Shown here: positions 1 through 10,003 of the stretch, piece after piece
How the letters are laid out: each line of letters begins with the position of its first letter
How positions within the stretch are numbered: the stretch's first letter is position 1
Origin: a virus
Taxonomy: Duplodnaviria > Caudoviricetes
Strand: one strand, 5' to 3'
Length of the DNA: 51,293 nucleotides
IMG/VR virus record: IMGVR_UViG_3300025572_000381
Coordinates: 1-51,293 of that record
Notes under the pieces: model-generated
What the model was told of the DNA's origin: nothing
What the model saw: the letters and a program-made list of their open reading frames with translations, nothing else
Databases searched by the model: none
Made by a program: the position numbers and the translations under genes

Positions 1-292
1 CAAGGCTGACTTCCGTCGAACCGATCTGCTCGTAGGCTCGATCGTTCGAGTAGAAGTCAGCCTTGGCGTCCGGAGTCGCGTTCACAGAGACCGCCCCTTC
101 CTGTTCGCGAACGGTCTGATCATGCTCACGGGCGCGCTCGCCGTCCTTGTGCGGCATCGTGCCGTCTTCTGCGCCGCCGGAGGGGTGAGAAGTCTTCCCG
201 CCGATCGTGTCCTCCTCATCCATGGCCCGCTTTTCGCTGGCCGCGATCGAGGCTTCGATCTCCGACAGGAACTGGTCCAGGCTAACAGGCAT
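1..292 (-). CDS. Partial acidic protein, possible head scaffold (runs off left edge)
   Basis: Not in the ORF track. Read by hand: AAGGAG then ATG at 292 gives MPVSLDQFLSEIEASIAASEKRAMDEEDTIGGKTSHPS..., open to the window edge. It lies directly downstream of the putative protease and has an EKRA motif. Scaffold role inferred from position only. Confidence 0.7.
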   Translation of the reverse strand, partial: MPVSLDQFLSEIEASIAASEKRAMDEEDTIGGKTSHPSGGAEDGTMPHKDGERAREHDQTVREQEGAVSVNATPDAKADFYSNDRAYEQIGSTEVSL

Positions 293-325
293 GTGCTAAA
301 AGCTCCTTCTTGGCAGCCGGCCAAG

Positions 326-2941
326 TCATTGAACGTAATTCTGAAGGATCGCGTTTTCGCAGGTCAACGCGAGATCCTCAGTAGAGCGGGCACGCTCTGC
401 CATCCGAGCCAGAGCAGCCAGCTTGTACAGGGCGTACTGCTCGGCCAGCTTCTCCTCAGCAGTACCCGCCTCAGGCAGATCCTTGACCTTGCGTTTGACA
501 GGGCGAGAGATCTGTCTCAAGGCGGCGCGCATCGCTCGCCGCTGCACAGCATGCGGATCGAGTGAGCACGCCTCCTCTGCATACTTTACGACGCACGGGA
601 CCGGCGTAGATACCCTACTCGCCGGAGCTAAAGCGAAATCGGCGATTTTCTCGGCGAGTTCTCCCGAGCGCCATAGCCGGTTATAGATGCCGGGCAAGTA
701 AGCCGCGGCGGTCTTGCCCAGGGCAGGCTGTCCGACCAGCGTGGCAAAGTCCTCGATATGGAGGATCATCTTGTTGTCGGCCAGCCAATTGAGCGAAGCC
801 GCCAACTTCAGAGAGCCGGGCGTCCCCAGCAGCGTCACCGGAAACTTCTCCCGGACTGCGCCGGTGAAGCCGGCATCCTTGGGGGTTGAGATTCGTTCCG
901 CCAGCGGCTCCAGCCGAGCCAGCGCGCAGGCGAGCTTGAGCTGATCCTGCAAGTCCGGCCGATCGTACCAGCCGGCCAGCTTCTCGATGACAGCCGGAGT
1001 CGGGCCGACGCCCCACACCTCGGCCAGCTCGGCACCGCTCAGCTCGCCGCTGGACGCTGCCTTCTCGAGGTAGCTGGCCCGGGAGCCGTAGGCGATGCGA
1101 TCGGCCGGCCGGAAGACGGTGGAGTAGTCGAACCAGGTCGGGTCCGGGTTATCGACCGCCATCACGAAGCCGTCGTCGCACACCTTGCCGAGGTGACGCT
1201 TGACGCCACCACGCTTGCACATCCGCTCGTCGCAGTACTCCTGGCGGTTGCGGGCCTTGTTGCCGCAAGCCATGCAGACATCGTGTGCCACCAGGCAGTT
1301 GTGCGAGATCAACCCAGCCGCACTGTAGGACTCGTCTTCCTCGACCTCGATGTTGTAAGTCTCGATATCCTCGGCGTGCCCCTCCTCAACCTTCTTGACC
1401 CGGTAGGCATAGGTACCGTCGGAGCACGCCTGCATGCAGGCTGGTTTGTCGCGCTCCTTGGGCTCCGAGTCGAAACGGCCGGCCGCCTTTTCGGAGTACG
1501 GCACCAGCCGCCAGGCGTCCAGGGCAGCCAGGTTCAGCGTGTACTCGACACCACTATTCGCGTGCCCACTGGTTGCGCAGCTCGAGTGGTCAATACGGTA
1601 AAGGCTGGAGGGGACCCCCATCGAGGCCAACAGGTCGCGTCCCTGCAGGAGGAGTTCTAGGCAAGCGCTGGACCAGTGGAAGCCCTTTGCGTCCGCCCAG
1701 CCGTTGCCGTCTCCCCAGGCGCCTAGGAACGACCATTTGACGTCGTCCTCCGCATTGAAGATCTCCGGCGGGATACTCTTACCCCGGCAACGACGCCCCA
1801 TGTACTGCTCAAGGAACCGCGCCAGGTGAGCGGAGTACACGTCGAGCGACAGGCCGATGGGTGAAGTGGGGTGCGGCTTGATCTGAACGGTTACATCGGG
1901 CCACAACTCGCCGATGAGGGCAGGTAGGCGACGCGGCAGAGAGTCGTCGACGTTGCAGGCGAACGAGACCGTCGTTGGAGCGACGCTGCCCGCTGCCGTG
2001 TAGTAGCCCATGATTGCCGCCAGCTTGGTGCAGGCGATCGCGCCGTAACCCTCGTAGCGGGTCACAGGGCGGTAGAACAGCCGCGACCCTCGTTGTAGAT
2101 GTTCCGCGCAGACCCATCCCGCCGGTTCCTGCTCGAAAGCTGCCGGGTTCGCGAAGAAGCGACGCGCCTTAGCTTTGACCGCCTCCGTCTGCTGCGATCC
2201 TCGAAACAGCTTGGCCCACATGGGGTGGTCGGCCGTGAGCCGAAGCGGTACGGGTAGGCCATTCAGGTGGACAGTCACTGTTCCACCCGTGTACCGACGG
2301 CGATTGATGCCTTTGACCTTCCGCCAGCGGCCGCGGTGCGTCCAGACATAGTCGAAGGTATTGACCTCGGCGATGGGCACGTAGCCGCGGTCGCGCGTCA
2401 GCACCGGATACAAGGGGTCCAAGAAGCAGGCCATGCTGCCGGGGATGTCCTCACCCTTGGCCAGCTTTTCCAGCTCCTTGTCCGCCACCAGGCCGCCGTG
2501 TTCCTCGGCGATCTTCTCGTTACCGTTGAGCAGCTCCAGCAGCTCGATCCGCTTCATGTCCTCGTTGTAAGCGGAGAGCTTGATGATGCCGTAAGACTTG
2601 CTGGGGTCTCGGTTTTGGTGATGGCGGTAATGCCGCGCGTACTTGGTGAACGTAGGATGGTTGGACCGGCACCACGACTCGGAGAAAAAATCCCCGTTGC
2701 GGTTGCAGCCGTAGTACTCGCCCGCCCCCATCGCGATCGAGTGGACGGGTACCTGACCTTCCTTGAGCTGCAGCTTGTCGATCGCCTCGGCGAACAGACC
2801 GCCCGCGCGCTCGATCAGGTCCTGGCGGTCCTTTCCGACCAGGCCGCGAGAGGAGATTTTCACCAGAGTCGACAGGGGCTCACCGTGGGACACCCGGTAG
2901 CCCCAGTCGTTGTCCATCTGGCTAACTTTGATCAGGGCCAT
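326..2941 (-). CDS. Putative prohead (capsid maturation) protease with Cys-rich region, intein-containing
   Basis: Motifs NRNGDFF, YRHHQN and GSMA|C..VAHDVCMACGNKA..YC resemble large-phage head maturation proteases. The C-terminal region has several KxA motifs (EKAAS, KLAA, KTAA, KYAE). Confidence 0.7.
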   Translation of the reverse strand: MALIKVSQMDNDWGYRVSHGEPLSTLVKISSRGLVGKDRQDLIERAGGLFAEAIDKLQLKEGQVPVHSIAMGAGEYYGCNRNGDFFSESWCRSNHPTFTKYARHYRHHQNRDPSKSYGIIKLSAYNEDMKRIELLELLNGNEKIAEEHGGLVADKELEKLAKGEDIPGSMACFLDPLYPVLTRDRGYVPIAEVNTFDYVWTHRGRWRKVKGINRRRYTGGTVTVHLNGLPVPLRLTADHPMWAKLFRGSQQTEAVKAKARRFFANPAAFEQEPAGWVCAEHLQRGSRLFYRPVTRYEGYGAIACTKLAAIMGYYTAAGSVAPTTVSFACNVDDSLPRRLPALIGELWPDVTVQIKPHPTSPIGLSLDVYSAHLARFLEQYMGRRCRGKSIPPEIFNAEDDVKWSFLGAWGDGNGWADAKGFHWSSACLELLLQGRDLLASMGVPSSLYRIDHSSCATSGHANSGVEYTLNLAALDAWRLVPYSEKAAGRFDSEPKERDKPACMQACSDGTYAYRVKKVEEGHAEDIETYNIEVEEDESYSAAGLISHNCLVAHDVCMACGNKARNRQEYCDERMCKRGGVKRHLGKVCDDGFVMAVDNPDPTWFDYSTVFRPADRIAYGSRASYLEKAASSGELSGAELAEVWGVGPTPAVIEKLAGWYDRPDLQDQLKLACALARLEPLAERISTPKDAGFTGAVREKFPVTLLGTPGSLKLAASLNWLADNKMILHIEDFATLVGQPALGKTAAAYLPGIYNRLWRSGELAEKIADFALAPASRVSTPVPCVVKYAEEACSLDPHAVQRRAMRAALRQISRPVKRKVKDLPEAGTAEEKLAEQYALYKLAALARMAERARSTEDLALTCENAILQNYVQ
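1298..2428 (-). mobile_element. Intein (377 aa) with degenerate LAGLIDADG endonuclease in the protease
   Basis: Starts CFLDP, block B LTADHP, ends TYNIEVEEDESYSAAGLISHN followed by +1 Cys. LAGLIDADG-like helices are IMGYYTAAGS and FLGAWGDGNG. Confidence 0.92.
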
Positions 2942-2986
2942 CCTTGGCCGTCGCTCCTTAGGCCGAAACGGACTCCATGCAGTCCA

Positions 2987-3808
2987 TTAGACGCGATGCC
3001 CCAGGCGATGCAGTAGATACGCTCCACCAATACCCAGGCCGCCGCCCAGAAGCAGCCCCAGAATCGCGTTGCGAATCCGCGTCGAACGATCGTTCTTCTC
3101 GTCCTCGTCGCCCATGGCGTAGCCGGCACCGGCACCGATACCCGCGCCCACCAGCGGAAGCAGGTAAGGCACGTAGGCCGCCCAGGACGACCCTGGCTGA
3201 CCGCTAGAGATGGCCAGGGCCTCTGGCGTAGGCCGCGCGTCGCGCTTGGCCAACAGCGCCGGCGAGGACTCCGTAAGCTTCACGTCGACCGATTCGGTCG
3301 GCTTGCGCGCGACAACCGGCTCCGGCTTGCGACGGGGCATCGCTGTAGGCGACGGCTTCAGACCTTTCCGCTCGTCGAGGGCCACGCGCTGGGCGTGCTC
3401 CCTCCCGAGCTCGTAGGCCAGACGCTGCTCGGTCGAGGGGGTCTCGGTCGGACTCCACGGCGGCGCGACCAGCTCGTCCAGCATGTCGTTGCGCCGGGCG
3501 TCGATAGTCTGCTTGGCAATGTCCTGCAAGTTCCTCAGGGGCTCCCTGAGCCTCGCTTCCTGCTTCCACTGCTCGCCCCAACGCTGCAGATCCTCACTGG
3601 TCACCCCAGGAGGCAGCTGGTTGATTGGCAGCGACGGAGCGGACGGACGCCCACGCTGTGGCTGCTTGGGCGGTTGGACCTGCAGAAGCGCGTTCCACGG
3701 GGACAGCCCGAGCTCCGGGAGCGGAGCGCCGTCTTGGGCTCGCTTGAGAGCACGTTCCGCCGCGATCTTGATTGCAGCGGCAGCGTACTTGAGGGAGGTA
3801 TCGCGCAT
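2987..3808 (-). CDS. Hypothetical protein (273 aa) with C-terminal glycine-zipper hairpin, probable virion protein
   Basis: Start moved to ATG 3808 (MRDTSLKYAAAAIKIAAERALKRAQ) to avoid overlap with the upstream gene. C-terminus is GAGIGAGAGY...RIRNAILGLLLGGGLGIGGAYL. Confidence 0.75.
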   Translation of the reverse strand: MRDTSLKYAAAAIKIAAERALKRAQDGAPLPELGLSPWNALLQVQPPKQPQRGRPSAPSLPINQLPPGVTSEDLQRWGEQWKQEARLREPLRNLQDIAKQTIDARRNDMLDELVAPPWSPTETPSTEQRLAYELGREHAQRVALDERKGLKPSPTAMPRRKPEPVVARKPTESVDVKLTESSPALLAKRDARPTPEALAISSGQPGSSWAAYVPYLLPLVGAGIGAGAGYAMGDEDEKNDRSTRIRNAILGLLLGGGLGIGGAYLLHRLGHRV

Positions 3809-3827
3809 GGAGGTCACCAGCGATGGA

Positions 3828-4394
3828 TTAGTACTGCCGATACAGGAATCCCAGGTCCGCGGCGCCCTTCTGCTGCAAGCGTTTGTAGAGATATGCGCCG
3901 CCGACTCCCAGACCGCTGCCCAGCAGCAAGCCGATGAGGCTGTTGCGCAGCCGCGTGCCGCCCTTGCCCTCCTTGTCTTCGTCCTTGCCCGACAGGTAGC
4001 CGGCACCGCTACCGAGGCTTCCGCCCACCAAGCCGCCCAGCAGCATGAGCGTCTTGGGGTCCAGATTACGCAGGTCAAAGCTCAGCGGGTTCGACCCGCT
4101 CGACCCGCTGCGTCCGAGTATGTAATCCACCAACGTCTGAGAGGCGGAGGTAAGGTCCTTGCCGGATGCCGGGGCATCGACCTTGGTCGTCTTCTTCAGG
4201 ATCGACCGCGGCTCGTGGCTCGGGGCCGGGGAGTCCTGCTGGGGTACGGCCGGAGCAGTCATATCCCGGGGGTCGATGTTCGGAGCAATCATATCCTGGG
4301 GGTCGATGCCGGCAGCGCGGTGATTCTCGAGGGCTTGCAGCGCCTCGGCCACACTATTAAACGGCTGCGTCACTTGCGGACGGGAGTTGGGCAT
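3828..4394 (-). CDS. Hypothetical protein (188 aa) with glycine-zipper hairpin paralogous to the neighbour's
   Basis: GAGG upstream of ATG. C-terminus is GSGAGYLSGKDEDK..TRLRNSLIGLLLGSGLGVGGAYLYKRL. Confidence 0.8.
   Translation of the reverse strand: MPNSRPQVTQPFNSVAEALQALENHRAAGIDPQDMIAPNIDPRDMTAPAVPQQDSPAPSHEPRSILKKTTKVDAPASGKDLTSASQTLVDYILGRSGSSGSNPLSFDLRNLDPKTLMLLGGLVGGSLGSGAGYLSGKDEDKEGKGGTRLRNSLIGLLLGSGLGVGGAYLYKRLQQKGAADLGFLYRQY
4251..4310. repeat. Two-copy 30-bp tandem repeat (in frame, IDPxDMxAP)
   Basis: cggagcagtcatatcccgggggtcgatgtt / cggagcaatcatatcctgggggtcgatgcc. Confidence 0.9.
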
Positions 4395-4429
4395 TCGGTT
4401 ACCTCAAACTACAAAAGGCCGGTGGAAGT

Positions 4430-6322
4430 TCATTTGAACGGGTTGCCGAAGAACTGTTCGTACAGCCACGGCGAAATGAGCGGCCAGGACGCCAGAGCGG
4501 CGCCAGTGCCGGCGCGTAGTTTCCCGAACCGAACCGTCGGATCGGCGCTATTGAAGGCCCGGTTCGACCGGTAGCCTTGCCCGAAATAGCGGTCGGCCAG
4601 TTCGTGAGCGGCATCGCTCCGCTTCCCAGCCCCCATGGCGCCGAAGAGGCTGAACGGAATGTCCACCGCTTTCGCCCAGGGGTGGTGCGCCGCGTAGCTG
4701 GCGGCTCCCAGCGCGGTGCGTACCGGGACGTCGACAAGCGTTGCCGCGGCTCCAGCACCGTACCTGTTGGGGATCTTCGCACGGAGCTTCCGCCAAATAT
4801 CACTGGCATAGTCCACACCCCGTGCAGTTTCGCCGCCAGCCTGGAACTTCTCGATCTTTTCCAGATGCCGCGCGAGCTCGTCGGCCGGGGTATTGACGGC
4901 CGGGCCGGTGAAGAACTCCCGCAACGGCTTGAGCTTGGCCGACAGCCAGTTAGGCGAGCCCTGGTTGCGGGGAGTGAAGAACTCCCGCAATCGCTGCTTC
5001 TCGGGCGTGTTCAGCTTGTCCAGCTCGATGTTATAGGCGTCCAGCACTTCGTTATAACGCCGACGCAGCTCTCCGAACGGGTCGTTCGGGGAGACGGCTT
5101 GCCGGTTCTCCACCGACCGCATGATGTCGTCGATGTCGATCTGCCCGCTAGTGCTCAGCCGCCGCTTAAGCTCCTCGGCCGCGCCGCCAAACGGAGACTT
5201 GGCGATCTCCTGCTCCGCCGCCGATAGCTGCCGTCGGAGATCGCTAACCAGATTCTTCAGCTGGTCAACGTTGCTGAGGGTGCCTGGGGGAGCCGACTTC
5301 TTCGTTCGGGAAGCCTGGGCGGTGTTCAACGCGTTGACAGCCTGCGACAGGCGACCCTCGAGATCGGCCAAATTTCGCACCTGCCGCGCGAACTGCTCAA
5401 AATCTCCGCGCAGCTTCGACTTGGCCTCTTGCAGCTTGCCAAGCGCGCCAGCCTCTTCGGCCTTCAGTGCATCGAACTGGCCGCGTAGCTCCTGCAGCTT
5501 GCTTCGCATCGCCCGCAGGTCTTCCGGGGACAACGTCCCGGAGCGCCTGAGGTGAGCCTCGCCGAACTCCAACACGGGCCAGGCGGCTAAGCCGGCACCG
5601 GCATACGGACCCCACGCGTCGAGTTTATCCGCGATCCAGGGGCCCACGCCGCTCGATTGCTCCTGCAGCTTGGCAGCAATCTGCTCGTGTGTCAGACCCT
5701 CCGCCTGCTCGCGGCTCAGCCAGAACCGTCCGGCTTTACCGGAGTTGGCGGCGTCCCGGATCTGCTGCGCCACTTCGACCGGAATCCGTTCCTCGATCCG
5801 CACCGGTTGTCGCTTACCGGTCTTGGGATCGGTGTACAGGAACCAGCCGCCGACCAGTTCGGCAGGAGCCGCCTGTCGGCCCTGTTCATCGACGCCATTT
5901 GATTGCAGACCGCCGCCGAAGAAGTGGCCGCCGGCTGCGCCCAGACCGGCGCCAGTCAGCGCACCCAGCAGCGCGCTGCGGAACGGCCGGCGTCGCTCCT
6001 TGGGCTGAGCAAAGCTGGTAGCCAGGCCCAGCGCGCCGCCACCCGCTGCACCGGCGAGCCCCCAGCGCACGCGAGGATCCTCGAAAAACCGCTTCACCGC
6101 TTCCCAGCGCTGGTCCCCCAGCTTACTAGCGGCGTACCGCTGGAGGTCACTGAGCCTTTCGGAAGCCCACTGCTTCAGGTCTGCCTGCTTCAGCTGAGCC
6201 GCAGGCAAAGCGCAGACCTGCAGCAGCGACGCCTCTTTGGCCAGGAGGCCGGCGACCTGCTCAGGGGATTGGGAAACGAACTGCGTCCAGAACTCGTCGG
6301 TCGGGTTAGCTGGAACTAGCAC
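4430..6322 (-). CDS. Coiled-coil protein with glycine-zipper/hydrophobic segments (about 630 aa), probable virion protein
   Basis: GGAGG then GTG at 6322 is preferred over the track start. Contains KEAS and KQAD motifs, a GLAGAAGGGALG..ALLGALTGAGLGAAGG hairpin and a long central heptad-rich region. Confidence 0.75.
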   Translation of the reverse strand: MLVPANPTDEFWTQFVSQSPEQVAGLLAKEASLLQVCALPAAQLKQADLKQWASERLSDLQRYAASKLGDQRWEAVKRFFEDPRVRWGLAGAAGGGALGLATSFAQPKERRRPFRSALLGALTGAGLGAAGGHFFGGGLQSNGVDEQGRQAAPAELVGGWFLYTDPKTGKRQPVRIEERIPVEVAQQIRDAANSGKAGRFWLSREQAEGLTHEQIAAKLQEQSSGVGPWIADKLDAWGPYAGAGLAAWPVLEFGEAHLRRSGTLSPEDLRAMRSKLQELRGQFDALKAEEAGALGKLQEAKSKLRGDFEQFARQVRNLADLEGRLSQAVNALNTAQASRTKKSAPPGTLSNVDQLKNLVSDLRRQLSAAEQEIAKSPFGGAAEELKRRLSTSGQIDIDDIMRSVENRQAVSPNDPFGELRRRYNEVLDAYNIELDKLNTPEKQRLREFFTPRNQGSPNWLSAKLKPLREFFTGPAVNTPADELARHLEKIEKFQAGGETARGVDYASDIWRKLRAKIPNRYGAGAAATLVDVPVRTALGAASYAAHHPWAKAVDIPFSLFGAMGAGKRSDAAHELADRYFGQGYRSNRAFNSADPTVRFGKLRAGTGAALASWPLISPWLYEQFFGNPFK

Positions 6323-7667
6323 GCGGGCCTCCACCAATCGTCTGTTGCGTACCCTGCAGCACGTTGGCGTGGAGTGCTCTCGCGCGCTGCTCGGCGTCCA
6401 GAAGCTCCTTGACTTCGAACGGTTCAAGAGCCCCCTGCAGCCTCCGGCGCAGGAACGGCCGGATAGCCCCGGGCTGCGAAGCGATCTCGGGGGCCAAGTC
6501 CGCCAGCTCGTTGTAGGCAGCCTCTAACTCCTCGGGCGACGCACCCTTGAGCACCTCGTCTGTGGTCAACAACTCCGCAAGCGCCGCCTGCATGCGAATC
6601 TTGCGCAGCTCGTTCTCGTGCTGCGGGCTGAACACCTCCGAGACGTCAGGCTTTCCCTCGGGCATCAGCCCTTCGGTCGTCGCCTTGACGTTGAATAAGT
6701 CCTTGAGACCGCTGCCGGCCAGTACGCCGGTGAGAAAGTTGGCCTGCTTGGAGCGGGACGGCAGCAATGTGTCGCAGTCCTTCCAGCGTGTCTCTATACC
6801 CAGCTTGGCCCGATTGGACGCGACAAACGCCTCGAACTCCGCCAGGGCGGCGTCGAAGGCCCGCTTGGCTCGAATCTTTTCCTCGGCCAGCTTCAGGCAC
6901 TCGCGCAGTAGCGTATACGGCGGCCGTGTGTGATCCACCGGCGGACGGCTGGTGTAGCGGTCCTCGGCCTGCTTGTCCCGGATACGAAATACCCGGTGGA
7001 CGTGGGTCAGCAGGGAGACGGCGGGCCGGCCGTAATAAGCCGCAGCCACTTTCTGCATTTCCGAAAATGCAATCCGCCGCGATGGGTCGCGCGAGAAGTA
7101 GTCGCCCAGTCGGTCAATGGCTGCGTGCATCCTCGTGGTCGCGATCCCTAGCTCATGGCGCGCGTGCGTAGCGCGGTCGCGCAGCGCCGCGAGCTTGCGG
7201 AACGCGCGCTCCGCTTCGGCGTCACGCAACCAGGCCTGCTGGGTCGCGCTGTACTGTCGCTCGCGCGGCTTTTCATTCAAGAGGCTGGGGATGTCCGCGG
7301 AGGCCAGCTTGCGGTGGATCAGTTCATCCACCCAGTCGGGAGGACGGTCGTACTCTGGCGAGATCTCCGCGGACTTCTGGTTGTCGTCGTGGTCGGGATA
7401 CAGCGCTCGCAGCGCCTCGCGGGCGTCGGCCAGGGGAAAGGAGGCCGTCTTAGCGAGAATGGTGTCGCTCAGCTTCCGCTGAGCCTCCTGCCGGCCGTTG
7501 TTGTAGGCGTGGCACATGAGCGTGACAAAGTGAGGAGGAAAGTTCTCCTCTGCTGCCACTTTCACCACGGCGTCGGTGGGGTGAAGTCCGTCGTTATCGA
7601 CACGGTCCACCACGCGGTCCAGCGCGCTGAGGATCCGTTGCTCAGACTGCGGGCTTAGAGTCTTCAA
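6306..7667 (-). CDS. Hypothetical helical protein (453 aa), KxA-rich, probable virion protein
   Basis: Long ORF in the operon with KVAA, KTAS, KSAE, KLAS, KQAE and KQAN motifs. Confidence 0.85.
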   Translation of the reverse strand: MKTLSPQSEQRILSALDRVVDRVDNDGLHPTDAVVKVAAEENFPPHFVTLMCHAYNNGRQEAQRKLSDTILAKTASFPLADAREALRALYPDHDDNQKSAEISPEYDRPPDWVDELIHRKLASADIPSLLNEKPRERQYSATQQAWLRDAEAERAFRKLAALRDRATHARHELGIATTRMHAAIDRLGDYFSRDPSRRIAFSEMQKVAAAYYGRPAVSLLTHVHRVFRIRDKQAEDRYTSRPPVDHTRPPYTLLRECLKLAEEKIRAKRAFDAALAEFEAFVASNRAKLGIETRWKDCDTLLPSRSKQANFLTGVLAGSGLKDLFNVKATTEGLMPEGKPDVSEVFSPQHENELRKIRMQAALAELLTTDEVLKGASPEELEAAYNELADLAPEIASQPGAIRPFLRRRLQGALEPFEVKELLDAEQRARALHANVLQGTQQTIGGGPRASSS

Positions 7668-7803
7668 GGCAGAAACCGTGGGGCGGGGCGAAAAAGACCT
7701 ACCTAGAATCTAAAGAAAAAAGGCGAGCGTCCCCTAGAGCAGCCACAGGACTGCTCCAGGGGGACCACTCGCCCGCTACTGGCCGCCTGGCAATGGCTGT
7801 CAA

Positions 7804-8739
7804 TCAAGTACGTCCAATCGTCCTGCGAGGGGCCAGCGTCAACCGCGGCACCGTAGACGGCAGCGGCGGAGGCTGCTGCCCGGACTCTACCAAGACCCAG
7901 TAGAAGTACTGAACTAGCGAGTCCGGAGACACGGGTTCGGGACGACGGTACCCTATCCCGTGCTCCACCTCGTCCCAGTTTCGGGCGACGGCTGCTCGCA
8001 ACCGGCACCAGTCCAGAGACGACTGCGGACGGAAGTACAGCTCTCCGTAGCGCACACTGGGCAAGGCCACGTGAGCCCAGGCTCCGAGAGGCTCAGCCGC
8101 CCACACCGGGTTGGGAGCCTCCCGCATTGTCAGCTGCATCACGATCGACTCGTCCGCCGAGAACACTCTCGGCGTACCGGTCGGAACCCCGTGCCAAACC
8201 TCCATAGCGAGGTTGTTTGCCCACACGATTGCCGGGGCGTGCGTCGCGTGGATCAAACCGTTGTTGTACAGCAGCTGGACGGGCCGACGGACGACAACGA
8301 CCCGCTGCGCGTACAGCAGGCATCCGCCTGCGTGCCGTATCAGCTTGGACAGCGCCGCCAGCACTTTGAGCGTGCGACGCTCCAGACGCGCACCTAGCCT
8401 GACGGCCAGCTGCAACCGGCAGATGGACTGCCAGGAAATGCGCTGCAGGTCATCCGGTATCGATGGCGCCGACACCAGCCGCAGCTCGTCAGTCTTGCTG
8501 CCCCGTCTGCCAGGCAAAGTGCCTGACTGGACCAGGCCGGGGAAGGAATCCAACCAAGTCACCTGGGGAAGCTGCCGCCCCAGCTGGGTGTAGAGTACCC
8601 TCACGGCAGCTTCGATCTTTCGTCGTCGGTGTCGTTCCTTGTCCTCGGTTCGTGGTTGGGATAGCGCTCGCTCCCAACGACTCCGGTGCCGCTGGACGAT
8701 CTCCGTCCAGTTGGCAGGGAGACTGAGCGTAACGTGCAC
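7804..8739 (-). CDS. DUF6745-like protein (divergent paralogue of 11119-12279)
   Basis: GGAGAGG then GTG. VRVLYTQLG..PQVTWLDS and RRPVQL..NGLIHATHAPAIVWANNLAMEVWHGV parallel the motifs of the 386-aa ORF. Confidence 0.6.
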   Translation of the reverse strand: MHVTLSLPANWTEIVQRHRSRWERALSQPRTEDKERHRRRKIEAAVRVLYTQLGRQLPQVTWLDSFPGLVQSGTLPGRRGSKTDELRLVSAPSIPDDLQRISWQSICRLQLAVRLGARLERRTLKVLAALSKLIRHAGGCLLYAQRVVVVRRPVQLLYNNGLIHATHAPAIVWANNLAMEVWHGVPTGTPRVFSADESIVMQLTMREAPNPVWAAEPLGAWAHVALPSVRYGELYFRPQSSLDWCRLRAAVARNWDEVEHGIGYRRPEPVSPDSLVQYFYWVLVESGQQPPPLPSTVPRLTLAPRRTIGRT

Positions 8740-8874
8740 AGCACCTCTCCCGTGGCTAACTGCTCAGGTCGTACCTGAGCGGTATCAGGTCTCCAAAGCT
8801 TCCGAGACACAACTTCAGCGTTCAAGCGGCGTCCGGCCGCAGGCCCCACCAGGCGTCCCAGTCGAACACCCACA

Positions 8875-9876
8875 TCAGTCTGACCCCTCTTCTTTGCTGC
8901 CCTCGAACGTGGCCGGGATGCTGGCCAGGCGCTCGAGGCACCCTTCGAGACCGTCCACAGAACCACCGCTCGCCAAACGCAGCATTTCGCCGGCCCGCGG
9001 CTCCACGCTCTCCGACAGTTGACGGAGTTGCCGGTGGTCCCTGTCCGGATCGCCCAAAACGTCTTGCACCACCTCCAGCGCCGCAGCCACGTTCTGACTG
9101 AGCGGATTGCGGCGTGCATCGGAATCGTCGTCTTCCCGCTGCGACTGGATGAGCGCCACGTGCGCCTGCAGCAGCGGGATGGCGTTGTAACGGTTGACCT
9201 GCATCAGCGAACTGGTCAGCATCGACTTCCGCTTGAGCGAGCGGATGAAGTTGATGTCCAGCCACTCGTCCAGGCCGCCCACGCGCTCCAGGTCAGCACG
9301 CGAGGCTCGGCTGTATTCCTCCAGCAGCGCGTCGAGTACCTCAGGACCGCCGAAGTACCCGATGCCTCGCAGTGCCGCCACACGGTTGGACCAATCAGCG
9401 TCTGAGGCGTTCTCCTGACCGGCCCAGATCACGCTTTTGAGAATGTAGTCTGGAGCGGACAGGCGATCGCGCACGTTCCACCAGATCGCCTCGTAGCAGC
9501 GCACGGCCTCAGCGGTCCAACCCATCTTGGCCGCGATCGTCTCGTCGTCCTGGCCCGCCAGGATTCGTGCTTCCAGCAGCGCCAGGTCCGTGGAGTTAGC
9601 CCGCTTGGAGAAATCCAGCGCGAGCCAGATCCCGGGAAACTCGTCGTACAGACGATGTCGGTGTTTCGGATTCCTGTACCGCAGAAAGAAGGTACGTGCC
9701 TTCCGCACCCACTCGTCATCGTGCTTCGTGCAGCGTCCAGGGTAGGGTTCCTTGCTGACCATTTCCTGCACGCGGATCAACCGCCAGTCGGGCGGCCGCA
9801 ATGGGTTAAAGCGCTGATGGATTAGCGTGGGGGCGGGGAGGGAGTCGAGAAACGACGCAGTCATGCCTCCCATCAT
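8875..9876 (-). CDS. Hypothetical protein (333 aa) with HTH-like segment
   Basis: AGGAGAGG upstream. LLEARILAGQDDETIAAKMGWTAEAVRCYE resembles a helix-turn-helix. Confidence 0.8.
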   Translation of the reverse strand: MMGGMTASFLDSLPAPTLIHQRFNPLRPPDWRLIRVQEMVSKEPYPGRCTKHDDEWVRKARTFFLRYRNPKHRHRLYDEFPGIWLALDFSKRANSTDLALLEARILAGQDDETIAAKMGWTAEAVRCYEAIWWNVRDRLSAPDYILKSVIWAGQENASDADWSNRVAALRGIGYFGGPEVLDALLEEYSRASRADLERVGGLDEWLDINFIRSLKRKSMLTSSLMQVNRYNAIPLLQAHVALIQSQREDDDSDARRNPLSQNVAAALEVVQDVLGDPDRDHRQLRQLSESVEPRAGEMLRLASGGSVDGLEGCLERLASIPATFEGSKEEGSD

Positions 9877-10003
9877 CCCCCACGCCTCTCCTATCAGACA
9901 AGCGCGCCTCAGGGGGCGGCGCGGTTAACGTCGGATCGGGACGCCGTCAGCCCGAAGGGCGATGTACCAGGACTCCCACTGGCCCCTGATACCTGGCGGA
10001 CCT

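Noticed and set aside
82-565. Track ORFs 82-324 (-) and 122-565 (+)
   Set aside because: A better gene with an RBS starts at 292 in another minus frame and runs off the edge.
4251-4310. CRISPR-like repeat
   Set aside because: Two adjacent in-frame copies without a spacer. No array or cas genes were seen in the window.
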